From contig JBHPHA010000001.1 in NCBI GenBank assembly GCA_042569905.1, positions 8,515 through 72,514 of the forward strand: a DNA stretch of 64,000 nucleotides. The letters run 5' to 3'. This stretch comes from Patescibacteria group bacterium (GTDB taxonomy: Bacteria > Patescibacteriota > Minisyncoccia > Moranbacterales > UBA9337). The notes beneath the pieces are model-generated. The model saw only the letters and a list, made by a program, of their open reading frames with translations, was not told the origin of the DNA and made no database searches. Both the position numbers and the translations under genes were made by a program. Shown here piece by piece: positions 8,764-18,108 of this stretch (position 1 is its first letter; every line of letters begins with the position of its first letter).

Positions 8764-10371
8764 ATGCAGACAATTCATCAAAATTTAATAATAGAAGTAA
8801 TGAAAAATAAAGTAGATAATCCTGCTGATTTTTTGAACTTCAAGAAAAAATTCTGCTCACAGGAAAAAATTCCTCAGCCAACTAATGCGGACCTCAGAGA
8901 CTTGTACAATAAAATGCTAGCCAAAAAGATAATAAAAAGAAGCGAGCTCACTGAAAAAGCAATGCTTTCTCGAGCTGTTAGAACTCAGTCAGGTGTAGCT
9001 GTTGTTGCAGTTCTCACAAAGCCATCTGACTGTCCAGGAAAGTGTATTTTTTGCCCTACAGAGAAAGGGATGCCAAAAAGCTACCTTTCCAATGAACCTG
9101 CTGTGATGCGTGCAATTATGAACAAATTCAATCCATACAGACAAGTTCAAAGCAGAATCAAAGCGCTAGAACTCAACGGACATTCTACTGAAAAAATTGA
9201 ACTCATTGTTATGGGTGGAACTTTTTCCTATTTCCCAAAGTCATATCAAAAAAAATTCATCAAAGAATGCTTCAGGGCCTGTAATGATTATCCGAGAAAC
9301 AACGAGACTATTCGAGATTCAGAAAAGAAATTAACTATAGCTAAAGAACTAGCCAAAGAACAAACTAGAAACGAGCTAATTAAGCATAGAATAATTGGAC
9401 TCACACTTGAAACTCGCCCAGACTACATCGACGAAAAAGAGATTGTTAATTTCAGAAATCTAGGATGCACACGAGTTGAGCTTGGAATTCAGTCAATATT
9501 TGATGATGTTTTAGAGAAAAATAATCGTGGACACGGAGTAAAGGAGATCACAGAAGCCACCAAACTACTTAAGGATAGTGGTTTTAAGATTAATTATCAC
9601 ATGATGCCAGGACTCCTTGGAAGTACTCCAGAGAGAGATTTTGAGATGTTTGAGATACTTTTTTCAGACCCACGTTTTCAACCTGATATGCTTAAGATAT
9701 ACCCACTTGTTGTTGTGAAGAATAGCGAACTATACAAAATATGGAAAGACGGGAAATATAAAGCATTAACAGACCAGCAATTTGAAAGATTGGTTATTAA
9801 AATTAAAAACAAAGTCATTCCTCCATACACCAGAATTCAAAGACTAGTTCGAGATGTACCCGTCCCATCAATTGAAGCTGGACCAAAAGTTTCCAATATA
9901 AGACAAATCATCGAAAAAGAATCTCAGTGCAAATGTATTCGCTGCCGTGAAGTAAAAGGGGGATTCGAGAAGAAAGAATCAATTATCCTAGATAGAATTG
10001 ACTACCCTGCATCAGATGGTACGGAAATATTTCTTCAATTTGTATCCCCTGATAAAAAAAAACTTTTCGCGCTTTTAAGACTACGCATACCCAAAAATCA
10101 TAACGATGATCATTTTATTCCAGCACTAAAAAATTCTGTTCTCATTAGAGAAGTGCACACCTACGGAAAACTTACAAGAATAGATAAGAAAGACGCAAGC
10201 TCTCCTCAACATATTGGCCTTGGTAAAAAGATACTTAAAAAAGCTGAAAAAATCGCTAAAGAAGAATTTGGCGCAAAAAAAATAGCAATTATATCTGGAG
10301 TAGGTGTCAGAAGTTACTACCGAAAAAATGGTTATCGACTACAGAATACATACCTGACAAAAAAAATATAA
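8764..10371 (+). CDS. Elp3-like radical SAM + GNAT acetyltransferase (tRNA U34 modification family)
   Basis: Radical SAM CxxxCxxC (CPGKCIFC). Approximately 535 aa with a C-terminal GNAT-like segment (HTYGKL...GLGKKILKKAEKIAKEE). Confidence 0.7.
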   Translation: MQTIHQNLIIEVMKNKVDNPADFLNFKKKFCSQEKIPQPTNADLRDLYNKMLAKKIIKRSELTEKAMLSRAVRTQSGVAVVAVLTKPSDCPGKCIFCPTEKGMPKSYLSNEPAVMRAIMNKFNPYRQVQSRIKALELNGHSTEKIELIVMGGTFSYFPKSYQKKFIKECFRACNDYPRNNETIRDSEKKLTIAKELAKEQTRNELIKHRIIGLTLETRPDYIDEKEIVNFRNLGCTRVELGIQSIFDDVLEKNNRGHGVKEITEATKLLKDSGFKINYHMMPGLLGSTPERDFEMFEILFSDPRFQPDMLKIYPLVVVKNSELYKIWKDGKYKALTDQQFERLVIKIKNKVIPPYTRIQRLVRDVPVPSIEAGPKVSNIRQIIEKESQCKCIRCREVKGGFEKKESIILDRIDYPASDGTEIFLQFVSPDKKKLFALLRLRIPKNHNDDHFIPALKNSVLIREVHTYGKLTRIDKKDASSPQHIGLGKKILKKAEKIAKEEFGAKKIAIISGVGVRSYYRKNGYRLQNTYLTKKI

Positions 10372-10482
10372 AAATATCTTTCTGGAAACTTTTCTTATTC
10401 AAAAAACCTGCTATAATAAAACCAGTGTTGCAACATCCAAAAATACAAAGAAAAGCACAAAAATAAAAGATAGATTAAAAAC

Positions 10483-10505
10483 TCTGGCAATTGCCAGAGT
10501 TTTTA
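10483..10505 (+). terminator. Rho-independent terminator
   Basis: ctctggcaa/ttgccagag hairpin followed by TTTTT. Confidence 0.5.
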
Positions 10506-10536
10506 ATTTGCGCTCCTTTTTTACTTCAATAAATGC

Positions 10537-11154
10537 CTAGTTAAAAAATCCTGCTATTTGTCTCACGATTATCATAGAAGCTAAAGCAATAACAATTCCA
10601 ATAATTGCCCACTTTGTCATACCTTTAGCTGTCTCAATCCTACTATCATCACCAGCTGAGAAAAAGTACATTATTCCAGAAGAAACAAGCATAATGATTC
10701 CCAAGATACCCACTACACCAAGAAGGAAATTCAAAAGGTTCAATAATATCTGTGCTAAACTCAATGATTTACCAAATGCATCAGTATCCTGTCCCCATCC
10801 TAAAATATCAGCAATTTCCTTCAAAAAAGAAGGAGCTGCAATTCCAATTGCAAGTCCTACCATTGACGCAACAATCGCCCCCTTTGCAAGAGTCATTCTG
10901 CCCTCATTACCAGCAGAGGTGATATACAAAATTGCCCCAATAACAATGAATATAATAGAAAGAACTACAATAATTCCCTGCAGAGTACTCAGTATTGACC
11001 CCACTAATTCATTAACGGTCTCATATTCTAGAGGATTACAAAATTGCGTATCACCACCACATTCCTTAGCTAATGAAACATTTGATAGACCAAATGTGGC
11101 CATAACAGCAATAAATACGGATAATACTATTTTGCTAAAAAATTTTATTTTCAT
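10537..11154 (-). CDS. T4SS pilin-like (TrbC/VirB2-like) protein, tandem two-domain form
   Basis: Signal peptide, then two repeats of TM-helix - Y.TSAG[ND].......AK - TM-helix. Confidence 0.6.
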   Translation of the reverse strand: MKIKFFSKIVLSVFIAVMATFGLSNVSLAKECGGDTQFCNPLEYETVNELVGSILSTLQGIIVVLSIIFIVIGAILYITSAGNEGRMTLAKGAIVASMVGLAIGIAAPSFLKEIADILGWGQDTDAFGKSLSLAQILLNLLNFLLGVVGILGIIMLVSSGIMYFFSAGDDSRIETAKGMTKWAIIGIVIALASMIIVRQIAGFFN

Positions 11155-11178
11155 TTTTTTGTTATTACATTTTAAAAA

Positions 11179-11628
11179 TTAAAAACCAGCAGAAGCATTC
11201 AAAAGATTATCAATCGCCTGAATAACCACAAATCCGATTAGACCTACCACTACTCCTATAATTGACCATATCATATGCTTTTTCGCTTTTTCCATAGAAG
11301 TATCATCCCCAGCAGCCATAAAGTATTGAAGCCCTGCCAATGCAAAAGACACTACTGCTAAAACTCCGAAAATTCCCAGTATCCATTGCATGAAGTTAAA
11401 AATAATTGTTGTCACTGGATCCTCTCCACCTGGATCTGGAAGCCCTGTCTCAAATGGTATACACACGCCTGAATATTCATCAACCTCTAATCCAGTTGGG
11501 CAAACAATAGCATCAGCAAAATTAGTGCCTCCCAAAAAAATAAAAACTGCCAACATCGCAACTGGCAAATATACTGCTCTTAAAAAAAATTTATTCATAT
11601 TTTTATTGAAAAAATTAATACCACCCAA
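11179..11628 (-). CDS. T4SS pilin-like (TrbC/VirB2-like) protein
   Basis: Signal peptide plus ...WILGIFGVLAVVSFALAGLQYFMAAGDDTSMEKAKK...IQAIDNLLNASAGF. The C-terminus and 3' nucleotide sequence are near-identical to the 11705 paralog. Confidence 0.6.
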   Translation of the reverse strand: MGGINFFNKNMNKFFLRAVYLPVAMLAVFIFLGGTNFADAIVCPTGLEVDEYSGVCIPFETGLPDPGGEDPVTTIIFNFMQWILGIFGVLAVVSFALAGLQYFMAAGDDTSMEKAKKHMIWSIIGVVVGLIGFVVIQAIDNLLNASAGF

Positions 11629-11650
11629 TAATATATTTACATTATACCAT

Positions 11651-11686
11651 AAAAAAACAAACGACCTAAATCGTTTGTTTTTTTAT
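11651..11686. terminator. bidirectional Rho-independent terminator
   Basis: aaacaaacga-cctaaa-tcgtttgttt flanked by an A-run and a T-run. Confidence 0.55.
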
Positions 11687-11704
11687 AATTTAGATCACAT
11701 ATCA

Positions 11705-12076
11705 CTAGAAACCAGCAGAAGCATTCAATAGATTATCAACGGCTTGAATAATCACGAATCCCATCAAAGCAACAATTACTCCAATAATAGACCATATCAT
11801 AGAATTCTTTCCCTTTTCCATCTTACTATCATCACCTGCTGCTGTTAGATACCAAATACCTGCGATAGCAAAACCAATTATACCAAACACGCCTACTAGT
11901 CCCAATATCCAGTTCATTACATTCGTCACAATTTCTGATACTCCTCCAGATGGCAATCCTGCGCCACTAGCTGCGCTCTTTCCAGTGCCCCATTGTGCAA
12001 AAGACACACTAGGAGAAAGCAGGATAGCTCCTAGAATACCGAAAAACAGACCTTTAAATTTATTTTTTATTTTCAT
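11705..12076 (-). CDS. T4SS pilin-like (TrbC/VirB2-like) protein
   Basis: Start trimmed to the internal ATG at 12074-12076 (MKIKNKFKG...) to remove overlap with the upstream paralog. Same two-helix AAGDD...KxK core. Confidence 0.6.
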   Translation of the reverse strand: MKIKNKFKGLFFGILGAILLSPSVSFAQWGTGKSAASGAGLPSGGVSEIVTNVMNWILGLVGVFGIIGFAIAGIWYLTAAGDDSKMEKGKNSMIWSIIGVIVALMGFVIIQAVDNLLNASAGF

Positions 12077-12092
12077 ATTTTTTTTACTTTGT

Positions 12093-12446
12093 CTAAAAAT
12101 CTGCAGCCTCTCCTCCGAGCATTGAATTAACCGCTTGAATAATAACAACACCTAACAACGCAACGACAACACCTACAATAGACCATACCATCGCTCGCTT
12201 AGCTGTATCGATTCTAGTTTCATCACCAGCAGCTGTTAGATACAAAATACCCGCGATAGCAAAACCAATAACACCAAAAAGTCCGACTAATCCCAGTAGC
12301 CACTGCATAATCTGCTCAATAATTCCAAAAATACTTCCCTTTGGTAAATCAACACCAGACGGCGCATCATAAGCTGACGCCATCACTGGAGCAACTATTA
12401 CTAAAGAAATTAATCCGTAAGCAATTTTTTTAATTTTTGTTTTCAT
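12093..12446 (-). CDS. T4SS pilin-like (TrbC/VirB2-like) protein
   Basis: Start at the ATG 12444-12446 with an AAGGAGGTG SD immediately upstream. Core ...LYLTAAGDETRIDTAKRAMVWSIVGVVVAL. Confidence 0.6.
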   Translation of the reverse strand: MKTKIKKIAYGLISLVIVAPVMASAYDAPSGVDLPKGSIFGIIEQIMQWLLGLVGLFGVIGFAIAGILYLTAAGDETRIDTAKRAMVWSIVGVVVALLGVVIIQAVNSMLGGEAADF

Positions 12447-12495
12447 ATAAACACCTCCTTTCATTATTTGTTTTTATTTTTTGTTTTTTCTTCCG

Positions 12496-12777
12496 TTATA
12501 CTAAAAATTTAATAATTTGACGTACGATTATCATAGACCCCAACACAACAGCAATTCCTACAACAATATACACAGTCATTTTTTTCGCCGCGTCTGTTTT
12601 TCTCTCATCTCCTGCAGCAAAAAAATACAAGACTCCCGTAACAACTAATGCTATTATACCAAGAATTCCAGAAACTCGCAACAAAAAATTAAGCACATTT
12701 AGAAAAACTTCAGCAAAACTAGGAGCATCCTCAATAACACCCGCATGTGCAATATTTATTAAATTAAATAAATCCAT
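12496..12777 (-). CDS. T4SS pilin-like (TrbC/VirB2-like) protein, short form
   Basis: 93 aa with a single two-helix unit (FFAAGDERKTDAAKK). Confidence 0.5.
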   Translation of the reverse strand: MDLFNLINIAHAGVIEDAPSFAEVFLNVLNFLLRVSGILGIIALVVTGVLYFFAAGDERKTDAAKKMTVYIVVGIAVVLGSMIIVRQIIKFLV

Positions 12778-12814
12778 CCTTTTAAAAAATATGTTTAAAA
12801 AATTTCCCTACTTT

Positions 12815-13927
12815 CTACAATTTACATTCAAATTTACTCCAACTTGTCGCATTCACTCCTAGTCCCTCTCTCGTTGCAATCAAATTCATAGCAATATTTA
12901 CTATTAACCAAGCACCTAATACTACAGCAAAACCAGTCAATGCCCTTTTCAATACTCCTTTAGCGCTTTCCATAGACTGCTGATTTCCAGCAGAAGTAAT
13001 GTACATTATTCCAGCAACAACAATTACCAGGAACGCGACTGATACCAAAATATTTCTCCCCCAAGCCAATATGTTATTTATACCAACAAATAAGTGACAT
13101 AATGTACAGGGAGTCCCTTCGTTACCGCAAGGAACTAATCCTCCAGAACCACTTGCCATATCTGTTGGTGCATATGTTCCAAAAGGATCTTTAAATCTAC
13201 TTTTAGCATCGTCTGTGGTATATTCCTTACCAGTGTTGGCGTTTTTCCATGAGTCCGCTTCAGGATTATAATTATAATCCGAGTTGACCATTTCTCCAGA
13301 AAACAAAACCTCATCAAATGTATCTTCGTTCCAACCACCCGCCTGTTCGGTTGTAAATTCGTTATATTCATCCATCCCTCTATCACCATTTTCATGTTCC
13401 CAGTTAACATTGGAATCATCATGATCATAACCAGCATGAATTAATTTATCAGATCTCGTAAACCCATTATATTCATCGTCTGATAAATTAGCTATATCAT
13501 TATCGCTCAAAGCCATAGTATCGTAACCATTTGAAAATCTCTCATCTTCATATGTCCAACCATGCTCACCAACTAACTCCCCTGTTCTCATATATCCGTC
13601 AAAATCTTTATCAGATGCACCAAGTAACTGATCGTATGTGCGATTATAACCCGAGGCACCATCAATATAATAGCTATCGCCCTCAGAAACCCACCCGTAA
13701 TGAGTAACAACATTTTTCCTAAATTCAGATTCACTCATTTGATTAACAAACTTTACGTTCATAATCACACCTGTTTCACTATGAACCCACCTATTGTCCC
13801 TTAATTCATACCCCATCTTTTCCATTCCAGCATTACGATCCACCCCCGCACTAACAACATAGCTAGAACATATCAGCAACATGAATAAAAAAATGAAACT
13901 TACTTTTCTTCCTAAACTAAAAGACAT
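12815..13927 (-). CDS. T4SS pilin-like protein with a long acidic D/N/E/Y-rich N-terminal extension
   Basis: Signal peptide, then ~230 aa of low-complexity acidic region, a Cys cluster (CGNEGTPCTLC), then the pilin core YITSAGNQQSMESAKG. Confidence 0.5.
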   Translation of the reverse strand: MSFSLGRKVSFIFLFMLLICSSYVVSAGVDRNAGMEKMGYELRDNRWVHSETGVIMNVKFVNQMSESEFRKNVVTHYGWVSEGDSYYIDGASGYNRTYDQLLGASDKDFDGYMRTGELVGEHGWTYEDERFSNGYDTMALSDNDIANLSDDEYNGFTRSDKLIHAGYDHDDSNVNWEHENGDRGMDEYNEFTTEQAGGWNEDTFDEVLFSGEMVNSDYNYNPEADSWKNANTGKEYTTDDAKSRFKDPFGTYAPTDMASGSGGLVPCGNEGTPCTLCHLFVGINNILAWGRNILVSVAFLVIVVAGIMYITSAGNQQSMESAKGVLKRALTGFAVVLGAWLIVNIAMNLIATREGLGVNATSWSKFECKL

Positions 13928-13932
13928 ATATT

Positions 13933-15333
13933 TTACTTTAATAATCTATTTATTCTATTTCGAAGCACATCAACACTCTGTCCAACACTAATATTTCCCC
14001 TATTAATATCCCCTATCACACTAGCCCAAACTCCTTCGATTAATTCAGGATTCATTCTTATCCAACTCTTAGCTATTAAATTGCCCTCCGCAAATGAACC
14101 CAAGAATGGATCACTTTTTTGCTCCTCAATTAAATCTCTCCTTGCTGCAGGCTTGTTTGTGTTTTCAAGATAAGCTTTGGCTGGGTCAATTTCAACCTTA
14201 AACGGCTTCACTGCACCAGTAACAGGACTTATGATATTAAAGCTTCCGTTGTTTCTAGTAGTTAAGAATTTTAAAAACTGCCAAGCCTCATGTACCCTAG
14301 TTTCATTACTAACAAGTTTATTTTTGATTATTTTATTCTTACTTACCGCAAAACCCCAGTAATTAGCAATATTGACGGGATTATTCACATTCAACTGAGG
14401 AACTGGCGCAATAGCAAAATTGAGCTTAGAATTCTTACTCTTAATTGTTTCATAGTGCCATGAAAAATTAATCATCATAGCTAAATCTCCTTCATAGAAC
14501 TCATCCAGTGAATAATGCGTAGACTCATCAATACTCCATGAATAGGTCGGGGTACTTGGATTAGCAAATCTTGTGTAAAAATCTATAGCGTTAGATCCAC
14601 TAGATACAGCAGATCCATCAGACTGCGCTGTTCTTGTTAGATTAATCATCTGATTTTCTCTAGTAGGCATATCTACTCCATTTTGAAAAAGTAGCAAGTT
14701 GATAATATCGGTTGAGCGATTGATATTATTTACAGAACCCATAGCTGCTCCTGATTGAACAATATCACCAAACTCATTTATCCTAGTAGTTTTTCTTGCC
14801 ACATCAATAAACTCATCCCAATCCTTAGGAGGGGAGGTTATTCCATTTGCATTAAATATATCTTTGTTATAATACAGAGCTAGTGAATCTGCACTAAGGG
14901 GAGTTGCCAAAACTTTACGTTCGGCGCTCAAGAAATCGATTGCGACTGCATCAACAAAATTCTCTCTAAACTGTTTCTCAGCTAGAACACTATCTGGCGC
15001 AACTGATACCTTATTTTCAAACTCAGCTATCCAAGAATTATTAATCATAAATACATCCGGACCACTACCGGCAGCCAATGCATCGATTAATTCTTTTTTA
15101 TATTCAGCGGTAGAAAACTTCCTGTATCGTATATCACCTACAAAAGGATTTGTTTCCCTATAAGCTCTAAATATATCGGAATAGTCAACTGTTTCATCAA
15201 AAACACCCCAAACCTCCAAATCCACCTTAACAGTTGGTGTAGTATCCTTAAATATACACCCAGAAAAATTAAAAGTCATCAAAAAAACAAGACTGAGTAG
15301 GGATATTTTTTTTATTTTAGTGCTAAATTTCAT
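13933..15333 (-). CDS. extracellular solute-binding lipoprotein (ABC transporter, family 1-like)
   Basis: Lipobox FSGC at the N-terminus. Approximately 466 aa with overall SBP-like composition. Confidence 0.5.
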   Translation of the reverse strand: MKFSTKIKKISLLSLVFLMTFNFSGCIFKDTTPTVKVDLEVWGVFDETVDYSDIFRAYRETNPFVGDIRYRKFSTAEYKKELIDALAAGSGPDVFMINNSWIAEFENKVSVAPDSVLAEKQFRENFVDAVAIDFLSAERKVLATPLSADSLALYYNKDIFNANGITSPPKDWDEFIDVARKTTRINEFGDIVQSGAAMGSVNNINRSTDIINLLLFQNGVDMPTRENQMINLTRTAQSDGSAVSSGSNAIDFYTRFANPSTPTYSWSIDESTHYSLDEFYEGDLAMMINFSWHYETIKSKNSKLNFAIAPVPQLNVNNPVNIANYWGFAVSKNKIIKNKLVSNETRVHEAWQFLKFLTTRNNGSFNIISPVTGAVKPFKVEIDPAKAYLENTNKPAARRDLIEEQKSDPFLGSFAEGNLIAKSWIRMNPELIEGVWASVIGDINRGNISVGQSVDVLRNRINRLLK

Positions 15334-15352
15334 TGTCTTTAAAAAAATTTAA

Positions 15353-15910
15353 TTATTTACTTGCTACAACAACATAGTGAAAATCTCCGGCATCAAAGCT
15401 TTCATCTACGACAAATCCGATTTTTTCTAACATACTCTTCACGTCTTCAATATCAACTCTTAACTCAGCCTCCGGACCAAACATCAAGTTACTCTTATTC
15501 CACTCCATAATCAAAACCTTTCCATCATCTTTAAGTACCCTGAAGGCCTCCCTTAGAATAATCTCCTTATCATTATTTTGAAATAAAACATTTTTTACAA
15601 TAACTACGTCAGCCATTCCGCTATCCAACCCAGAACCACCATCTTTTTCAATATTAGCTCGCTTTGTTGTGATATTATAGATACCCTTAGTCTTGGCTTG
15701 ACTGTTCACACTGGTCAAAACCTCTTCTAGTACGTCCAGAGCGTAAACATGTCCTTCACCACCAACCAATTCAGCCACTGGAATCGTAAAAAAACCTGGA
15801 CCACAACCAAAATCAGCTACCACCTGACCCTTCGTTAACTCAACATGACCTAGGATTTCCATTGGATCAACAAATTTAGATGCTACTTGACTACCAGATT
15901 GATATTCCAT
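15353..15910 (-). CDS. class I SAM-dependent methyltransferase
   Basis: Motif I VADFGCGPGFF. Start trimmed to the internal ATG at 15908-15910, because the track ORF N-terminus looks like read-through of non-coding sequence. Confidence 0.6.
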   Translation of the reverse strand: MEYQSGSQVASKFVDPMEILGHVELTKGQVVADFGCGPGFFTIPVAELVGGEGHVYALDVLEEVLTSVNSQAKTKGIYNITTKRANIEKDGGSGLDSGMADVVIVKNVLFQNNDKEIILREAFRVLKDDGKVLIMEWNKSNLMFGPEAELRVDIEDVKSMLEKIGFVVDESFDAGDFHYVVVASK

Positions 15911-16051
15911 ATTTTTAACCAAAAGCTTAATAATAAAATACTTGTATCTATATTTTACAACAAATATAGCCAAACAACAAATATTAAAATAAAAAAGGAC
16001 TATTAATGCCAATCTTAAATCTATCCTTTTATTTTCACTGCTAAGTATACA

Positions 16052-16086
16052 TAAAAAACACCCCGACAAATCGGGGTGTTTTTTAC
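16052..16086. terminator. bidirectional Rho-independent terminator
   Basis: aacaccccga-caaa-tcggggtgtt with an A-run before and a T-run after. Confidence 0.6.
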
Positions 16087-16107
16087 TAAAAGATATTATT
16101 ACCAATA

Positions 16108-17925
16108 TTAAACTTCAATAACATTAGGCAATACCATTGGCCTTCTTTCAGTTTTTTTGTATAAGAATTTTCCAACCTCTTCTCTGATACTATTCTTCAC
16201 AAAATTCCAATTAATACTTGTATCTGGAGAAGTCTTCTTTTGTATAACCTTCTTCACAACAAGCTTAGTAGCATTTACTAAATCAAAATTCTCTTTCACG
16301 AAAATAAACCCTCTTGAAGTAATTTGTATATTCCCTACAATCTTTTTTGTTTTACTATCAATGATAACAGTAATCATAAACATTCCATCCTCTGCTAACA
16401 CTTGTCTGTCGCGCAAAACAACCTGACCAACGTCACCAACACCTAAACCATCAATGAAGACATAGTCTGTTTTCACTTTCTTTGGTAATATTTTTGCCTT
16501 CTTCTTGTCAATTTCCAAGACAGAACCATTATCTAATATAAATATATTGTCATTCTTAAATCCAGTTTCTACAGCTAACTTAGCAGCTTCCTTCAAAAAG
16601 AAATGATTTGCATATACTGGAATATAGAAATCAGGCTTCACTTGCTTGATAACTTCCTGAATGTCTGATGCACTACAATGCCCACTAACATGAACGTCCA
16701 TTATATCAGTGTGATATACATAATCACTCCTTCTATAGATATTGTCCTTCAATCTTTGAACTGTTCTCTCATTACCAGGAACAACTGAAGATGAAAATAT
16801 AACAGTATCTTTTTTATTAATAGTAATGTATTTATGATCATTATTCACGATCCTAGATAACACAGCATTACCCTCACCTTGAGCACCAGTACAAATAACA
16901 ACGATATTTTTATCTGGGTATTTATTGGCATCTTTTATGTCAATCAAAATACTCTTATCTATTTTGACATATCCTAATTCTCTTGCTATTTCCATATTCA
17001 TCTTCATACTATAACCATCCAATGCAACCTTTTTTCCAACTTTTCCAGCATACTCCATTATTTGACCAATACGCCTAATCTGCGATGAGAATGTTCCAAT
17101 AATAACCTTTCCTTGTGCTTGATCAATTAGCTTCTGGATATTCCTATACATCTCAGACTCTGATTTAGGTTCACCATGATCAGTTGCACCTAGACTTTCC
17201 AACATCAATGTTATTGGGCGAGGTAACTTGGACAATGCCTCATAAGACACAATGCTTTTTCCACTCGCATCTCGCTCTAAAGTCCAATCACCCGGATGAA
17301 TAACTGTTCCTTCTGGAGTAGTAAGCGTAACACCCACAGCATCCATAACTGAATGTTCTACATCAAAAAATCCAATTTCAAAATTACCCATTCTCATCTT
17401 TTGATCCAGTGATTTTACAAAAACTGTTTTCAAGAATTTGGTAGACCTCTTCTCATAGTCCTCCATCTTTTTCTTTACTAACGCTATTGTCAAATCACGA
17501 CCAATAACTGGTGGGTACCCCAATTCTTTCAGCAAAATTGGTGCTGCACCGATATGATCTAGATGACCATGACTCAAAATAACACCTCTAACGTTCTTTT
17601 CCTTTCCTTTCAGATAGGATATGTCTGGGATAATATAATCCACACCTGGCATATCCTCCTCTGGAAACTGCATTCCCATATCCAAAAGCACAATATCTTC
17701 TCCATACTCAAAGATTGTCATATTTCTACCAACCTCCTCTTGTCCTCCCAATGGGATAATTTTCAACTTATTCTCAAATTTTCCAAAGCTTGTTTGCTTA
17801 GCCTTGTAATTTCTTTTTTTAGCAGCAAAACCTTGATTAGGCTTACCACCTCTTTCATTTCTTTTTTCCATTTTTTTACCACTCCTACTATCCGTAGAAG
17901 CTTTATTATCATTCTTCTTAAACAT
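16108..17925 (-). CDS. rnj: ribonuclease J
   Basis: Metallo-beta-lactamase HGHLDHIG motif with beta-CASP/RMMBL architecture. 605 aa with a basic N-terminal extension. Confidence 0.85.
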   Translation of the reverse strand: MFKKNDNKASTDSRSGKKMEKRNERGGKPNQGFAAKKRNYKAKQTSFGKFENKLKIIPLGGQEEVGRNMTIFEYGEDIVLLDMGMQFPEEDMPGVDYIIPDISYLKGKEKNVRGVILSHGHLDHIGAAPILLKELGYPPVIGRDLTIALVKKKMEDYEKRSTKFLKTVFVKSLDQKMRMGNFEIGFFDVEHSVMDAVGVTLTTPEGTVIHPGDWTLERDASGKSIVSYEALSKLPRPITLMLESLGATDHGEPKSESEMYRNIQKLIDQAQGKVIIGTFSSQIRRIGQIMEYAGKVGKKVALDGYSMKMNMEIARELGYVKIDKSILIDIKDANKYPDKNIVVICTGAQGEGNAVLSRIVNNDHKYITINKKDTVIFSSSVVPGNERTVQRLKDNIYRRSDYVYHTDIMDVHVSGHCSASDIQEVIKQVKPDFYIPVYANHFFLKEAAKLAVETGFKNDNIFILDNGSVLEIDKKKAKILPKKVKTDYVFIDGLGVGDVGQVVLRDRQVLAEDGMFMITVIIDSKTKKIVGNIQITSRGFIFVKENFDLVNATKLVVKKVIQKKTSPDTSINWNFVKNSIREEVGKFLYKKTERRPMVLPNVIEV

Positions 17926-18108
17926 CTAACTTTTTTCTAAAGACTAACTATATATTTAATTTATAGTTATACTTTTTAATTATTACTTATTTTTAAAAGA
18001 TTTATTTTCCACCAAACACCAAAACAATAACAAATCTGCTAACAGATTATTACTTAAGCAAATTGCCTTGCATTTGTATTAGGTAAAAACTAAATTTTAT
18101 TCTATTTT

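Noticed and set aside
13135-13437. 100-aa ORF nested in the acidic-tail pilin-like gene (different frame, same strand)
   Set aside because: It lies entirely inside a better-supported longer CDS. The low-complexity D/N-rich region generates spurious alternative frames.
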